A stretch of DNA of 63,412 nucleotides from positions 1 through 63,412 of the forward strand of contig KZ538544.1 in NCBI GenBank assembly GCA_000934665.2, given 5' to 3'. The notes below the pieces were generated by a model. That model saw nothing but the letters and a program-made list of their open reading frames with translations. It ran no database searches and was not told where the DNA came from. Source of the stretch: Catajapyx aquilonaris. Lineage: Eukaryota. The position numbers and the translations under genes are program-made. Position 1 is the stretch's first letter, and each line of letters opens with the position of its first letter. Shown here piece after piece: positions 1-11,885 of this stretch.

Positions 1-272
1 TTATTTTCAGAGCCTCCCTTCCCCAGCTGGTACAAGCCCGAGGCGAGGACCCGGTCTTCCTAATCTGAGAGTGACCCTCCTCTTTCCCGTCCGGTCCTAA
101 ACCTTGCACTGTTGCAATTTACAACCCTTCAACTTTTTCAAAAGTTTATTATGATCTGATTCCTACTATACACACTTTTGTATGGAGGAAAGGGAGAGAC
201 TGGTGACTGGAAAACTCCATGGTTTTCCCGACCATTAATTGAATGAGATGGCCCTTTTTTACCCTTCCTACA

Positions 273-969
273 CAGTAGAACTTCTATCAGTCGAAGAAAA
301 TGATGAGCTTGGTTGGTCACAATGTAAAATAATAGGAAATAAACTTCCCTAACTCGAAGTTCTCCATAACTCGAAGTGCTGGCAGGGCCTTACGATGGGA
401 TATCAATGCATTTTCAGTCTCCCTAAGTCCAGTTCATGTTGGCGAGTATACGGAAAATTTTCTCATTTCCCAGCCGAAGGGTCGAGAGTAGGCCACATGT
501 TCAGAAAGGCTCAATTTCCTGATTTCTGTCTACCAGACTTACCGAAAGAAGTGTTTGACTCGATTGTTACAATTGAATCCTTGAATATAAGAGTAGGCAA
601 ATGTACATCACAGAGTTTTTTTTATACCAAGAGGAACATTGTAAGTGTGATAGTGACTGTTATTTACCGAAGCAGGTTGGCATAGTAGATATGGCGTCCG
701 ACTGCTAATCGGGAGGTCCTGGGTTCGAATCCCGGGGCCGGCAACTCTGACCGTGATTTTCTGTGGTTTCCCACGGTCCTTCCAGGGAAATTCCGGAGTT
801 GCTTCCGTAATTAATAGGCCACAGCCGCTTCCTTCCGTCCCTATCCTATCCCAAAGAGCAGTAAAATGAAAAGCAAAGAGTTCCAGGCAAAACAAACTTC
901 CCCCCTAAAGAGCCGATGGCTGATAACCGGGTATGAATTATTATTATTATTATTATTATTACAGTATTA

Positions 970-1047
<78 letters not shown>

Positions 1048-1214
1048 GTGACTGTTATTTTTAAATTTTGAAAACCTTTCGTCGCTAGATATGAAGGTAG
1101 GCTTCCTTATAGAGTTCTGTGCTTTAAAAAATCGGAACTTCTCTAACTCGAATCTTCTAGAACTCGAAGTTTCTTCCTGGTCCCATGGAGATTCGACTTA
1201 TAGAAGTTTTACTG
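273..1214. mobile_element. Pogo/Tigger-like (Tc1/mariner superfamily) non-autonomous MITE in SmB intron, interrupted by a SINE
   Basis: 23-bp TIRs CAGTAGAACTTCTATCAGTCGAA (273-295) and TTCGACTTATAGAAGTTTTACTG (1192-1214), 21/23 identical. TA follows the right end (left flank reads CA). Subterminal TAACTCGAA repeats near both ends. Confidence 0.75.
666..1044 (+). mobile_element. tRNA-derived SINE (family A) with (TTA)n tail
   Basis: tRNA-like head (TGGCATAGTAG; GACTGCTAATC anticodon-like arm; B box GGTTCGAATCCC), unique body, long (TTA)n tail. Perfect 16-bp TSD ATAGTGACTGTTATTT at 650-665 and 1045-1060. Second copy at 25883-26226. Confidence 0.9.
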
Positions 1215-1867
1215 TATTTGCATAATAGCATAAAATAGGTATTTTCAAGAAGCTAAAGTAATTCCAGAGCCAATAGTACCAATGACATTGCTTATTTAAC
1301 CTTGAAGGTAGGCAATACCAATGTTTCTCCGAAGTGCACTTCGATGCGCAGTGGTAATAAAGTATTAATCAGGTTTCAGTATACATATAAAATGGTCTTT
1401 GAAGCCACTTCATCTGTGTCAAATCAAATCCAGTGTGGCGTGCTCAAATTATGTCACTCAGGGTAGCCTTCTAGAACAATTTTACTGCAGGATGTGATAA
1501 ATAATTGAACTGACCCTGGGTCCAAAATGAGGAACGTAATATCCACACCATCCTGTGCAGTGTAGGATCGATGAAAGGACAGATTACAGGGGCTTTTCAC
1601 AGGTTTCACAGTTAGTAAGGAATAAGTAGTCCTAAAGGGGATTTCTGTGTTTTCTGCAAACACAGGAGGGTCCTGCCCGACTTGTATGATTGTGACCAAA
1701 ATGTTCTTGATTTTTATGGTGGGTAGAAAGTGGAGGGTTGCTGCTTTTGGTGCAGGAAAAGCATCTGCAATTACAAGCTTCAGAACATTTTGGACATGAT
1801 AGTGTTTGCAGCAAGTGTTGTTAGCATAGAGGTATGTAAGTGTTTAATTGGCTTGCTTCTCCATCAG

Positions 1868-4800
1868 CATTTGACAAGCACATGAACCTGATCCTGGGAG
1901 ACTGCGAAGAATTCAGAAAGATTAAGCCCAAGAACACCAAGCAGCCTGAGCGCGAAGAGAAGCGTGTCCTTGGCTTTGTCCTCTTGCGTGGCGAAAACAT
2001 CGTCTCCATGACGGTCGAAGGACCCCCACCTCCAGAAGAGGGTCTTCCCCGTGTTCCCCTCCCAGGAGCAGCCCCTGGACCAGGTGTTGGGAGAGCAGCA
2101 GGGCGAGGGGTGCCCACTGGTGCCTCAGGAGCAGGAGCACCTGCAGGATTGCAAGGTCTGGTCACATTTATGTGCTTCACCTTTATTTGCAGTACAGTCT
2201 CATTATCTGCTGGTTGGAGAGAGGCGTTGAACTTGGGTATTGCTTAATTCATTCAGTTTTCAGGGTAGGTGAAAGGCAACTGCAGTGTATGGTATATGTG
2301 AAAGTGTGTACAGGTAACATAATTGGCGTACCAAAAAAGCGATTCTTACACTAGCTAAATCCCTATATCTGTAATTTCAAAATCTGAAATACCAAAGAAC
2401 GGTGCCCCAGCATTTTTGCAAATGTCTTTCCAGATTTTGTGTGTCGTTACCGTCTCATTGACTCCTGGAAAGTTGCCGTTACTGCAGTACTCCTTTTCTG
2501 TATGAGAAGTGCTGCCGCATCAACTGATGTGATAAAGCCAGACTTCCAGTTGTTTGAAAAGACTTACACTTGCAGCAACTCTCGGCATTGTACTTACCTC
2601 CAATTTAAACAGTCAGCATACACCGTTGCTGTCATATCAAAAGTTGCACAGGATGTGAAAAGCTTATTTGATCAGAATTATTATTTTTTGTTACATGACG
2701 TGGTCCTTGGCAGTGGAATTGCTGTGATTGTGTGCCTTGTGTTATCCTTGTGCTGCTTGCTAATGAAATTGAATGCGCGAGTTAGGAGTCTTGTTAATGC
2801 TCAAGTTGCTTTTAAAGAAGAATTGATTAAAACTGTTGTTAGTGAGGAACAGCTGTCAGAAATCCTGGTTTCTGGAACTGAGCAAAATGGAGACATAAGA
2901 ATAGTGGGCACACTGTGACCACAATTACTCTAAATAATTTGACAAAATAGTTATTCAGTGGCAGGGGGGGGGGGGGGGAGNGTGTTAATGAAATTAATGG
3001 GCATGTTTCATGAGTCAGATGGTACTGAAGGTGACTGAATTGTTCTAAAAATGATGGCACTCCAACACATCTCCCAAATAACCAGAGTTCCATGTCAGAA
3101 ATAAGCTTCTCATGATGGATGTAGCACTAAGAGCTTAACCGTCAACTGAAATCTCAGATAATCATTATCGAAATTAATGCAAATTCTCATTGCAGTAAAT
3201 AGTTGTAACATAATGACATGAAAAATCATCTGGATTGTAAATGTTGATGATTAAGGTCCAGTGCAGTTTTTAAAGGGGCCAATATACTTGACCATCTGCA
3301 AGTATTTCACAGTGAAAGAAAAGAGAAACATAAACAGGTGGACAATATTGTTAGAAACAGGTTGTTGTAATTATATGTGCCTGACTCCAAAACAGTAGTA
3401 GTGTAGGCTTATTCATGTAATAAGATGTTGTACTGCAGTATCTGCATGATATTCTTATTATTGTATGCAGAAATAAAGAACCTAAATTTTTTTCTGCAAA
3501 CATGTGATAGCAACAGGCCAACGAGGTAAATAAGCCCACAACATTAAGTGTTTTCTACCACAGACTGGGTAACGTGTTGTAATGATCTCCTGCAGAGGTA
3601 AGAGAGTAATGTAAGACTTTCTTTCTTACCAGTTGCACATGAGTCATCTGAATGATGAAGGGATCATCTGCATTTCATGTGGGAATGTGATTAGATTCGT
3701 GTTCATTTTTGCAACTGACAACTAGTACTGCACATTGCACCAGGCTGTGAATTGACATGCACCCCTCCAACTGAATTTTCCAGCATCCTTACAGCAGAGC
3801 AGGCCCCAACCTTGCATTCCATTCCCAGTGCCCCCAACCTGCCAGCCTGGGTTCCATTATTCTGTATGACCTGCTGCATCTGTCAAAATTGAGAATAAGG
3901 TGGCCCATAGGGAAATTTCTCTGTTCACAGACTTGTACAGTATACAGTAGCACTATTACATAATAGAAGTTGTATGAACACAACAGGACATGCAACAGTG
4001 GAAAACGCTTAGAGAAGTGCAGAACAGGCTGCTCCAGGATTCGAAAGAGGGCTTGTGCATAGAGAATACATAAATAGTCTGTAAATAGCTGTTCAGTATT
4101 TCTGAAATATCAATTGCAGAATGTAAATGTTAGAGAGGGAAATGTGACACAATTACAAGACATTATAGTGCATAGTGAAGTTATTTGTGGCCGGATATTT
4201 AGTCACGTTCCCTTAATAAATTAGGTAAATATCGCGTAATGCCTCTAATTTTTAAAATTATTTTTATACATTATTTTAATTAAGCAGTGTTCATAGGCAA
4301 CCTTGCTCTCTACAGTCAGATGTCATGCCACATCAATATCATCTAAGTTTTAAGCAATATACATATGGAATATACTGTATTTGCTGTCATAGGGGCAACA
4401 ATACATGTAGTTTTTTTAGATCAATATGGGTGGGGTACAGTCACGAGCGTAAAGATGGGGTCGGCAGGGTGCTCTGCCAATCCCTTCCATTACGGCATCA
4501 AATATACAGTTATAATTACACGAACACATGCCTAAAGCAGCTAACTCAGTCCAAAATGAGTCCATTAATTTGAGTTGGATAAAGAAAGGTCAGACAAGAC
4601 CCGCAGAGTCTCCAATTATGCTCGGGACTGTGCCTTGTGCAGACAGCTTTTGGGAACCACATAAACTCCAAATTGGGACATCAGCCGATATCGATCAGAC
4701 TAGGGTGCATTAGTGTTGCACATCAGACTATTTTGGGAATGTTTTTAAAATCATTGCTTGCATGTAGGACATTCTTTGACTCTCCTAGTTGCTGTGATAC

Positions 4801-6284
4801 TGAACTAACTAAATATTAGTAAAAGATATAACTTAGATTTAACTTATATCTAGTTGATTACAAAAATTGATCAATCGTTGAATTACTAAGGGATGGCTGT
4901 GCAACGAAAATTAGGGAGCAGACATTGGATTATGCTGGTCTCTATGTACATAATGGAGATTTTCTGGAATTTGTTTTCATACAACTGGCCTGAAGACAGC
5001 CTACACATATGCTATCTGGTATTTTGCACTATGTCTCTGTGCACACTGGTTGGTTCCTTAGCTACCCACAGGTCTCTCTTGCTCATTGATAGCACCAAGC
5101 ACCTCCCAGTTCAATTCTGTAGTTGCAGTCATATGTACTATCAGTCCAACAAGAATTGTCGCAGCGGCAGCGCACGAACTGCAATCTACGAGCACAGGGA
5201 CACGAGAGACTGCAGTTCGTGCACTGCCGCTGCGACAATTCTTGTTGGACACCAGGTACATACCATACATGAGGTGTGCATGGATCTACAATTGGTTATG
5301 GGTATGTTCCAGATGGTTCTCCAATTTCGTGTGGCAAATTTGACGTTGCTCCCTTGGTTGCTCCTGTGGCCATGCCTCCTGAGAAATCCTATCAAAGAAG
5401 CTTGTTCTGGATGGTTATGGCATCCTATGAGTTGGTGGGACAAAATGGGTTGCAAGATTAAGAGATAATGAGTCTTCGTTATCAAGAGGAGGAGTCTGCC
5501 TCACGACATAACTTGAGACATTTTAAATCACATACTACTAATGTGGAGTGTACTCTACTTTTCTGTAACTAGGTACTTGCTTAAGTTAATGTGTTCACAA
5601 GCTACTGTAAAATGTGCAGAAGTGTGCCTTGTGAAGAACTTAGAAAAATGAAAGCATGTCTTTTCCGCTGGGAATACTGGAGTAATTAACCCGTTCTTTC
5701 TAACGATTCACAGGACCTGTAAGAGGTGTTGGTGGTCCATCTCAGCAAGTAATGACCCCAGCTCTAGGAAGAGGCGGTATAGGTGCTCCTGGTGGTCCAC
5801 CGGGGGCTCCGAGCCAACCTCCTCCTCCAAGGATGCCCCCTGTTGCTGCCCCTCCACCACCACCACCAGGAATGATGGGCCCTCCCCCTGGCATGATGGG
5901 GATGCCCCCACAGATGATGGGCCGAGGAGCCCCTATGCCACCACCTCCAGGAGCCCCACAACTCAGGGGACCTCCACCAGGCCTAATGAGAGGGGGTGAG
6001 TCAACTCATTTCTCTCTATAACCATTAAGGTGCAACACTTTGAACAAATGAAAAGTCACAATAGGAACACTTGATCACTGTGTCACTCAGATTTTGGTCA
6101 GTGAATTTTTTTCAAGTTTATTTTAAATGATATGTACGAGTCCCATGAGCTCACTTGAGATTTTGAATGAGGTTTCAAGCGTCAACATCCTTGGCTGCAA
6201 TGTTACTTGATGTATGCTCTGGGTTTCTTATTGGTAACACTGTTTCTCTCTTTTCTCATTCTAGGACCACCACGGCCATTCTAA
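1868..6284 (+). CDS. SmB: Small nuclear ribonucleoprotein-associated protein B (SmB/SNRPB), 5'-partial; exons 1868-2155, 5714-5995, 6265-6284
   Basis: Exon 1868-2155 encodes [22 protein letters not shown]...[26 protein letters not shown] (Sm1/Sm2 motifs). Exon 5714-5995 encodes [16 protein letters not shown] plus the Pro/Gly/Met-rich tail. The last exon encodes GPPRPF*. All introns are GT-AG and phase 1. The N-terminal exon(s) were not found in the window. AATAAA at 6472-6477. Confidence 0.95.
5137..5258. mobile_element. Small hairpin MITE remnant (mariner-like end) in SmB intron
   Basis: Arms 5144-5187 and 5207-5250 are 42/44 reverse-complementary around a 19-nt spacer. The right end GGACACCAGGTA resembles Tc1/mariner MITE termini plus TA. 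Confidence 0.6.
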
Positions 6285-6506
6285 GTGTAAGGAAAATATT
6301 GAAATCATGTACTGTAACTTTGCAAGGAATAATTAAAATATCCACCCTTTTTCTTCATATTGGGTGTCATTCATATCACCAATACCTAACAACTGCCAGT
6401 TTTATTTCTTTCCCTAGGAATGAATCATCATGTTACAGATTCTCTCCTAAGTCACATATTAGGTTCATGAAAATAAAAGTGAGCCACTCGACCATACCTA
6501 AACAAT

Positions 6507-6837
6507 GGGGCCGTCCAGACGGGCCGACCTTAGCCGCGGCTGGTCGAGGCCGCGACGGTTCACACGGCAACGGCCACGGCCAGGCCACGGCTCAGAAGTC
6601 GGCCAAGTTGGCCGACTTCCTGGAAGTTGGCTCGTTGCTTGGCCACGGCTTGGCCTCGGCGACGGATACTGCGCGTCACTTGTTTTTCGTCGCTGCCATG
6701 ACTACCGGCCACTATTATAATGCGGGTGGCTGTTATTAAAATATGTGCCCGTCTGAACGGGTACCGTGGCCAGCCGTGGCTCCGCAAGCCGGTGCCGGGG
6801 CCGGCCGCGGCTAAGGTCGGCCCGTCTGGACGGCCCC
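6507..6837. mobile_element. PIF/Harbinger-like MITE, 331 bp
   Basis: Perfect 34-bp TIRs GGGGCCGTCCAGACGGGCCGACCTTAGCCGCGGC (6507-6540 / 6804-6837). 3-bp TSD AAT (6504-6506 / 6838-6840). GC-rich relative to its flanks. Confidence 0.88.
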
Positions 6838-6929
6838 AATGTCACTACCATGGCACTACAGACCAGATCAGTGGGTTCGACAGCCATAATAACAAATTGA
6901 CTGTCATGATGCACATTCCAGTGGATCTA

Positions 6930-7333
6930 ACAAGGGAAGTGTAAGTGTTGTCAGTGGAGTTTCTGAATTCAACTTGGCACAATAATATAGGCAGGTAAGT
7001 TATTAAAGAAAATGCAAACAATTTAGGCGGATGCCCACAAGGTCAAAATTATGACCTCTCGAACTCACAAGGGACACTTTCCAAGGTCTCACTGATTTTC
7101 TTGAAATTCGGTACATTGGTAGCACCTAAAGTGATCTGCTCAAAATGACCCAGTTACCCCTTTTTGGGGGCTATCAATGCACCAAATTTCAAGAAAATGG
7201 GTGAGACCTTGGAAAGTGTACCTTGTGGGCATCCGCCTAAATTGTTTGCATTTTCTTTAATAACTTACCTGCCTATATTATTGTGCCAAGTTGCATTCAG
7301 AAACTCCACTGACAACACTTACACTTCCCTTGT
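6930..7333. repeat. Long inverted repeat / foldback-type element (~170-bp arms)
   Basis: 6930 ACAAGGGAAGTGTAAGTGTTGTCAGTGG... is the reverse complement of ...CCACTGACAACACTTACACTTCCCTTGT 7333. The outer arms are near-identical, the left arm carries a ~30-bp insertion, and the central spacer is short (~7130-7160). Confidence 0.85.
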
Positions 7334-10106
7334 AAGCTCCAGGTTCTCATTCAGACTGGATACCTACTTGTGGATTTTGTGATGCCACCTCATCTCCACT
7401 CTTCTGGTGAAGTAGAAAAATGCTGCCCTCATGAAGACATGGGGAGGGGATGTTCATGTTCATCAAGAGAGACCTCCCAAGTAGGTCCTGAAACAAGAAT
7501 GCTGAAAATTTCAAAGAGTGTCACCTAGCAGTTGACCATTTGGTCTATTGTGCGGATTTTTTAGCATGTTTGTTCTTGCACTTCCTGTGTCTTGTGTAAT
7601 AAGCAAGTGAAAATATTCAAAATATTTTTAAATGAATTTGATGTACAGTTACAACAGTAAAATGAATCAATGGGAAATATATACAAAGCTGTTGTTGGAA
7701 AAGTAATTTGCTGGGATAAAGATTCCTTAGGTGCATGATACTGTAGATGACTGCAGGGGATTTCATAATGAACACCTATCATTATACAGCAATTCTATCC
7801 AGTGAAACTTTGTGGTTGCTGCCCAATTTTCCTCTGCTTCATGAGCTCCATCTGAATTCACTATTGAACAGTCACCCACATTATCCCTGAATTTAAGTTC
7901 CTGATACAACAATGTCTGTCTGGCTTCTCGTAACTGGTTGCAAGTAGCCCATAATTGTCACTTTGGTAACAATTGGGCTGAACAGTCCAGAAACAACAGG
8001 GATAACGTCATCATAGTTGTCCTGGTGACTATTGCTTCAGGTTGTGACATGCTTGGAGCCAAATGCTAACATTTTGGTTTTCAGAATTTTGGATGAGAGA
8101 TTGTCAACCTGTAGTAGGCCTATGAACACTTTAAGTGGGTACGTTCATTATTACTGCTTCCCCTTAAAATGTTATGCTTATGTCTTTTTGTGTTCTAAGG
8201 AATTCCAGTATGGGTGTGTGTGTGAGAGAGAGAGAGCGTGTGAACTCTTTGGATGATCCTCCTGCGAATTACAGGATGTGACCTCGTCTCAACCAGGACC
8301 GAGTTCCATGGAAGTGCGGGGTGATGTAAGGTAAGGATCTACCTTTTCTCTCTTTGAAACATAGGTGGCTCTGCACTGTCTGGTTAGATATTTGCATGCT
8401 GTTACAGTAGATGTCACTAGGTTTGTGCAAATATTTGAAACATTTGGCACAGACCTAATAATACTTCCTTGTCCTTGGCCGTGACCAGGTTTATCCTTGT
8501 GTAGTAGGCAACCCAGGCATCATCTCAGGATTCTTAGTTTGTGCGAAAATGAGTGGGGGTTTCGCGAAAGGAATTACAAGTTGTTTTTTTTCAACTGACA
8601 TTGTTTTTATTCACGCTTCATGTCAACATTGGGAAACGCACTTTTCCATTATTATTTTTGAATAACACTCGACAAGATTTTGGAACATAACGTACCAATC
8701 GTACACACCAAATTGCTACAATATCTGGGGGGGAAATTACATACTTGATTTTTACCTAGGTGAATGCAGGAACTTATAAAAAAAAGAGAGGAAAAAAAAC
8801 ATGGTAACCCTTTATACACGGATTTCAATGGGAGGAAATACAATCAATGCGCCTCTCATATTAGGCATCAATTCTTATTTTTTTCCTCTAGATTAAAAAA
8901 AATGCAATTCAAATAAACAGCAAAGGCTAACTTTGCAACTTGACTATACACATAGTGGGTTGTATTTGGACAATACAAACATAATACTTTGTTATGTACA
9001 ACACAAACACTCTGTATTTTTTTTTAACTACTCTCGCTCGACACAATCGCAGCGAGGTTTACACTTGCCATAAGGCCATAGTGCCCTCTCCATTCGTGTC
9101 TCACTGGGATTTGGGTCTCAATACAAGTCTGCAATAGACTCTGCATATATTATATATACAACTCTAGTTTATCAGAATAACTACAATCTACTAAAACTCA
9201 AAATATACAGTCGCTAAGGTGTAACCTGCCAAATACATGGTTTTACTGCTCCACGTTTTGCAGGATTTAGGAGCGACCAGGATAGGGGAGGGGAAAAATA
9301 AATGCACAAAAAATTACACCTATCCATGTATAAAGTCCTTTGAAATCAGTCTCGAGACCAACTGTGAAAAACTTCCATATCTAAGGGAATCACCCAGATT
9401 CCCAGCCAACTTCATCTAAGTCTATCCTGTCCAACACGCCATTTTTTTTTACCCCTTTTTGTGGAAAATTATGGATTCCTGAGTGAGTTTCGACGTCTAG
9501 GTTCAGTCCAAGAAATATGGTCGACAATTTAGAAAAAATTATAAGTTTTCAGTTCTGGTAGGCTATATTTTGTATTTTGAATTCGGATGAAAGGAAGAGA
9601 AAAATTGCATTTGAAGACAACCATTTTGTAGCTATATGAGCTGTGACTTGACAGCAGGTTTTAAGTGAGGTAGATATTTTTTTCTCTCTCTCTGTCATTC
9701 CGACGTGGGTCGGAATGAACTGGAATTTGAGAAAAATAATATTGGGCTGATCAAAAAGTATTTCCTTGAGCTATCAACATAAACGGCAAAGGTGTGAAAT
9801 ATTGTTCCGTGACTTTGGTCATCACGTCTTTGCTGCCCAACTCCATGTATAAAAATAAAATTAACCAACGGAAAACAAAATCTGCAGGGGATAGGGATGG
9901 GGAAACAAAGCTCAGGTACTGTTACTTTGACAAGAACATTGTGCGGAGGCCCTAGTGACTGTGACTTCAAAAACTGGGGGATGCAACCAAAGGAGTTCTG
10001 ATGGTGTGCAAAAAAATTTCGTTGGATTTACTGTCCATGAATATCCAAGGCTATCAATGGCTATCCAGCACATATTTGCACCCCTATATTAATTGAGGCA
10101 TGCTTA

Positions 10107-11885
10107 TCAGTTGTCGAAGTTAATTCTCTCAGCATACTGGATGACTGAGCTGACCCGTTGCTGACCACCTGACTCCAGTTCTCTGCCCAGGCTCTCCAGG
10201 ATAAACTTAGTCCTCTTCCGGTGAGGCAGGATCAGCGTGGTGGCCCCCTCAGCTGGTCCAGATGCGATTGACTCGGTGGCTGGAGGGGTACTAGCAGGCG
10301 ATGACCTGGCTTCTGATAGAGGACTAGATGGCGGCGAAGAGCTGGGCGGCGTTGGTGGCGGCGTGGTAGGTGTTGGAATTGGCGATGGGATTGACACCAA
10401 GGGCTGCTTGCCCCTGGGCTTGGTCAGTGCCAGAGCCAGGAGTGTTGGTGCCACTTCTGATGAGGGTGTTGGGTGGTATGGCGCAGGTGGTGGCGGATGG
10501 TGTGGGGGTGGGTGGGGATGAGGATATATTCCAGGAGAGAAGTAGTAGTAATAGTTGTGAGGTGGGGGAGGATGGTGCATGGGTGGAGGTGATGGGTCAG
10601 GAGGAAGCATAACGGGGGATGGCGGGGTGGGGGGTAGTGTTGGGGAAATGGCGTGTCGATGGTGGTACATGTAGTCTGGCGACGAAGATACAGACATGTG
10701 GTCGGAGTCGCTCTCCATGCCATACTTGCTGTTCTCCTTGTCTGAACTCTCACTGAGGTTCCGAGGAGGACCAGTCGGTGTCACGGATACTGATGGAGAC
10801 ACCGAGGAATCAGAGTGGCTCTTGATGTGAGCCTCCATGGACTTCTTGGACGTAAAGGTTTCGTTGCAGATGGTGCACTTGTACACCTTCTCGCCATAGT
10901 GAGCGACCTGGTGCAACTTGAGCACATGGTTGTACCCAAAGGACTTGCCGCAGATCTCGCACGTGTAAGGCTTCTCTCCGGTATGGGTCCGGGTGTGCAC
11001 CTTGAGCTGCTTGGAGCAAGTGAAGCCCTTCTTGCACACCTTGCACACGTAAGGTTTCTCTCCCGTGTGAGTCCGCATGTGGATGACCAGCTGTCCGCTC
11101 TGGATGAATGTCTTGTTGCAGACGCTGCACTTGTGTGGACGCTCGCCAGTGTGTATGCGCATATGTCGGTGAAGCTTCCCGCTGTGTTCGAATGCCCGCT
11201 CACAAACATCGCACTTGTACGGCCGCTCCTTGGTGTGGATGCGACGATGGACGCTCAGGTTCTCCTTGACGGAAAAGGACTTGGAGCAGTACTCACACTG
11301 GTATGGCTTTTCTCCAGTGTGAGTACGGTAGTGACGGGTCAGTCGGGCTGGAACGGCGAAGGTCTTCCCGCAGATATCGCACTGGTAGGGGTCATCTCCC
11401 TCCTTGTTGTGTATTCGCAGATGGTTCTGGTAGGTGTTCCGCTGCTGGAAGCTCTTCTTGCACAGCAGGCATTGGTACAGCTTGTCATCCTTGGGTGACG
11501 GGGATGTAGGACACATCGATGGTGGGGTTGAAGCAGGGGGGCTGCCTGCCCCGGGTCCCGACTCTCCGCCCTCAAACCCAGGGGCGTCCACCGGATATTG
11601 GTACAGGGAGACCTCCGGAGTGCACACCACCGTTGTCTGCTTCCCCTCTTGCTGGTTTGCTGATGGCAGCCGGTGATGCAGCTGGGCCAGGGGTTGGCCC
11701 AGGGGCTGCCCCGAGGGCGAATGGTGAGGATGGTGCAAGTTCTGATGCTGATGGTGCTGGTTCAGGAATCCCCTGAAGGCGGCTGGTACCATACTGCATT
11801 CCAGTCGGAGCAAATTGGCCGCCGATTCAGAGCCCCGTGGGCCAGTAAGACCCGGGGGCAACTGCACCTCGCAGAATCCAGCCAT
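10107..11885 (-). CDS. Kr-h1: Kruppel homolog 1 (juvenile-hormone-inducible C2H2 zinc-finger transcription factor), ~592 aa
   Basis: Eight C2H2 fingers with the Kr-h1 signature (PYQCDICGKTFAVPARLTRHYRTHTGEKP...SVKENLSVHRRIHTKERP...GYNHVLKLHQVAHYGEKVY). C-terminal motif A (LPHRKR, cf. LP[L/P]RKR) and motif B (SSVIQYA). Splice acceptor at 11941/11940. Start taken at ATG 11885 (MAGFCE); a short upstream coding exon cannot be excluded. Confidence 0.95.
   Translation of the reverse strand: MAGFCEVQLPPGLTGPRGSESAANLLRLECSMVPAAFRGFLNQHHQHQNLHHPHHSPSGQPLGQPLAQLHHRLPSANQQEGKQTTVVCTPEVSLYQYPVDAPGFEGGESGPGAGSPPASTPPSMCPTSPSPKDDKLYQCLLCKKSFQQRNTYQNHLRIHNKEGDDPYQCDICGKTFAVPARLTRHYRTHTGEKPYQCEYCSKSFSVKENLSVHRRIHTKERPYKCDVCERAFEHSGKLHRHMRIHTGERPHKCSVCNKTFIQSGQLVIHMRTHTGEKPYVCKVCKKGFTCSKQLKVHTRTHTGEKPYTCEICGKSFGYNHVLKLHQVAHYGEKVYKCTICNETFTSKKSMEAHIKSHSDSSVSPSVSVTPTGPPRNLSESSDKENSKYGMESDSDHMSVSSSPDYMYHHRHAISPTLPPTPPSPVMLPPDPSPPPMHHPPPPHNYYYYFSPGIYPHPHPPPHHPPPPAPYHPTPSSEVAPTLLALALTKPRGKQPLVSIPSPIPTPTTPPPTPPSSSPPSSPLSEARSSPASTPPATESIASGPAEGATTLILPHRKRTKFILESLGRELESGGQQRVSSVIQYAERINFDN

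Noticed and set aside
666..745. Functional tRNA-Ser gene (also ~26150-26226 and ~36950-37030)
   Set aside because: These tRNA-like heads continue into SINE bodies with simple-repeat tails (and TSDs in two of three cases), and the cloverleafs are incomplete.
866..1048. Poly-Leu, poly-Asn and poly-Ile ORFs
   Set aside because: These are translations of (TTA)n SINE tails or microsatellites.
1488..1555. C/D snoRNA (7-bp terminal stem, GTGATAA, CTGA, ATGAGGA)
   Set aside because: The terminal D box is missing and the C box is imperfect.
8271..8336. Exon-like AG...AAG|GTAAGG segment between SmB and Kr-h1
   Set aside because: Splice-like signals alone, with no coding similarity or other support.
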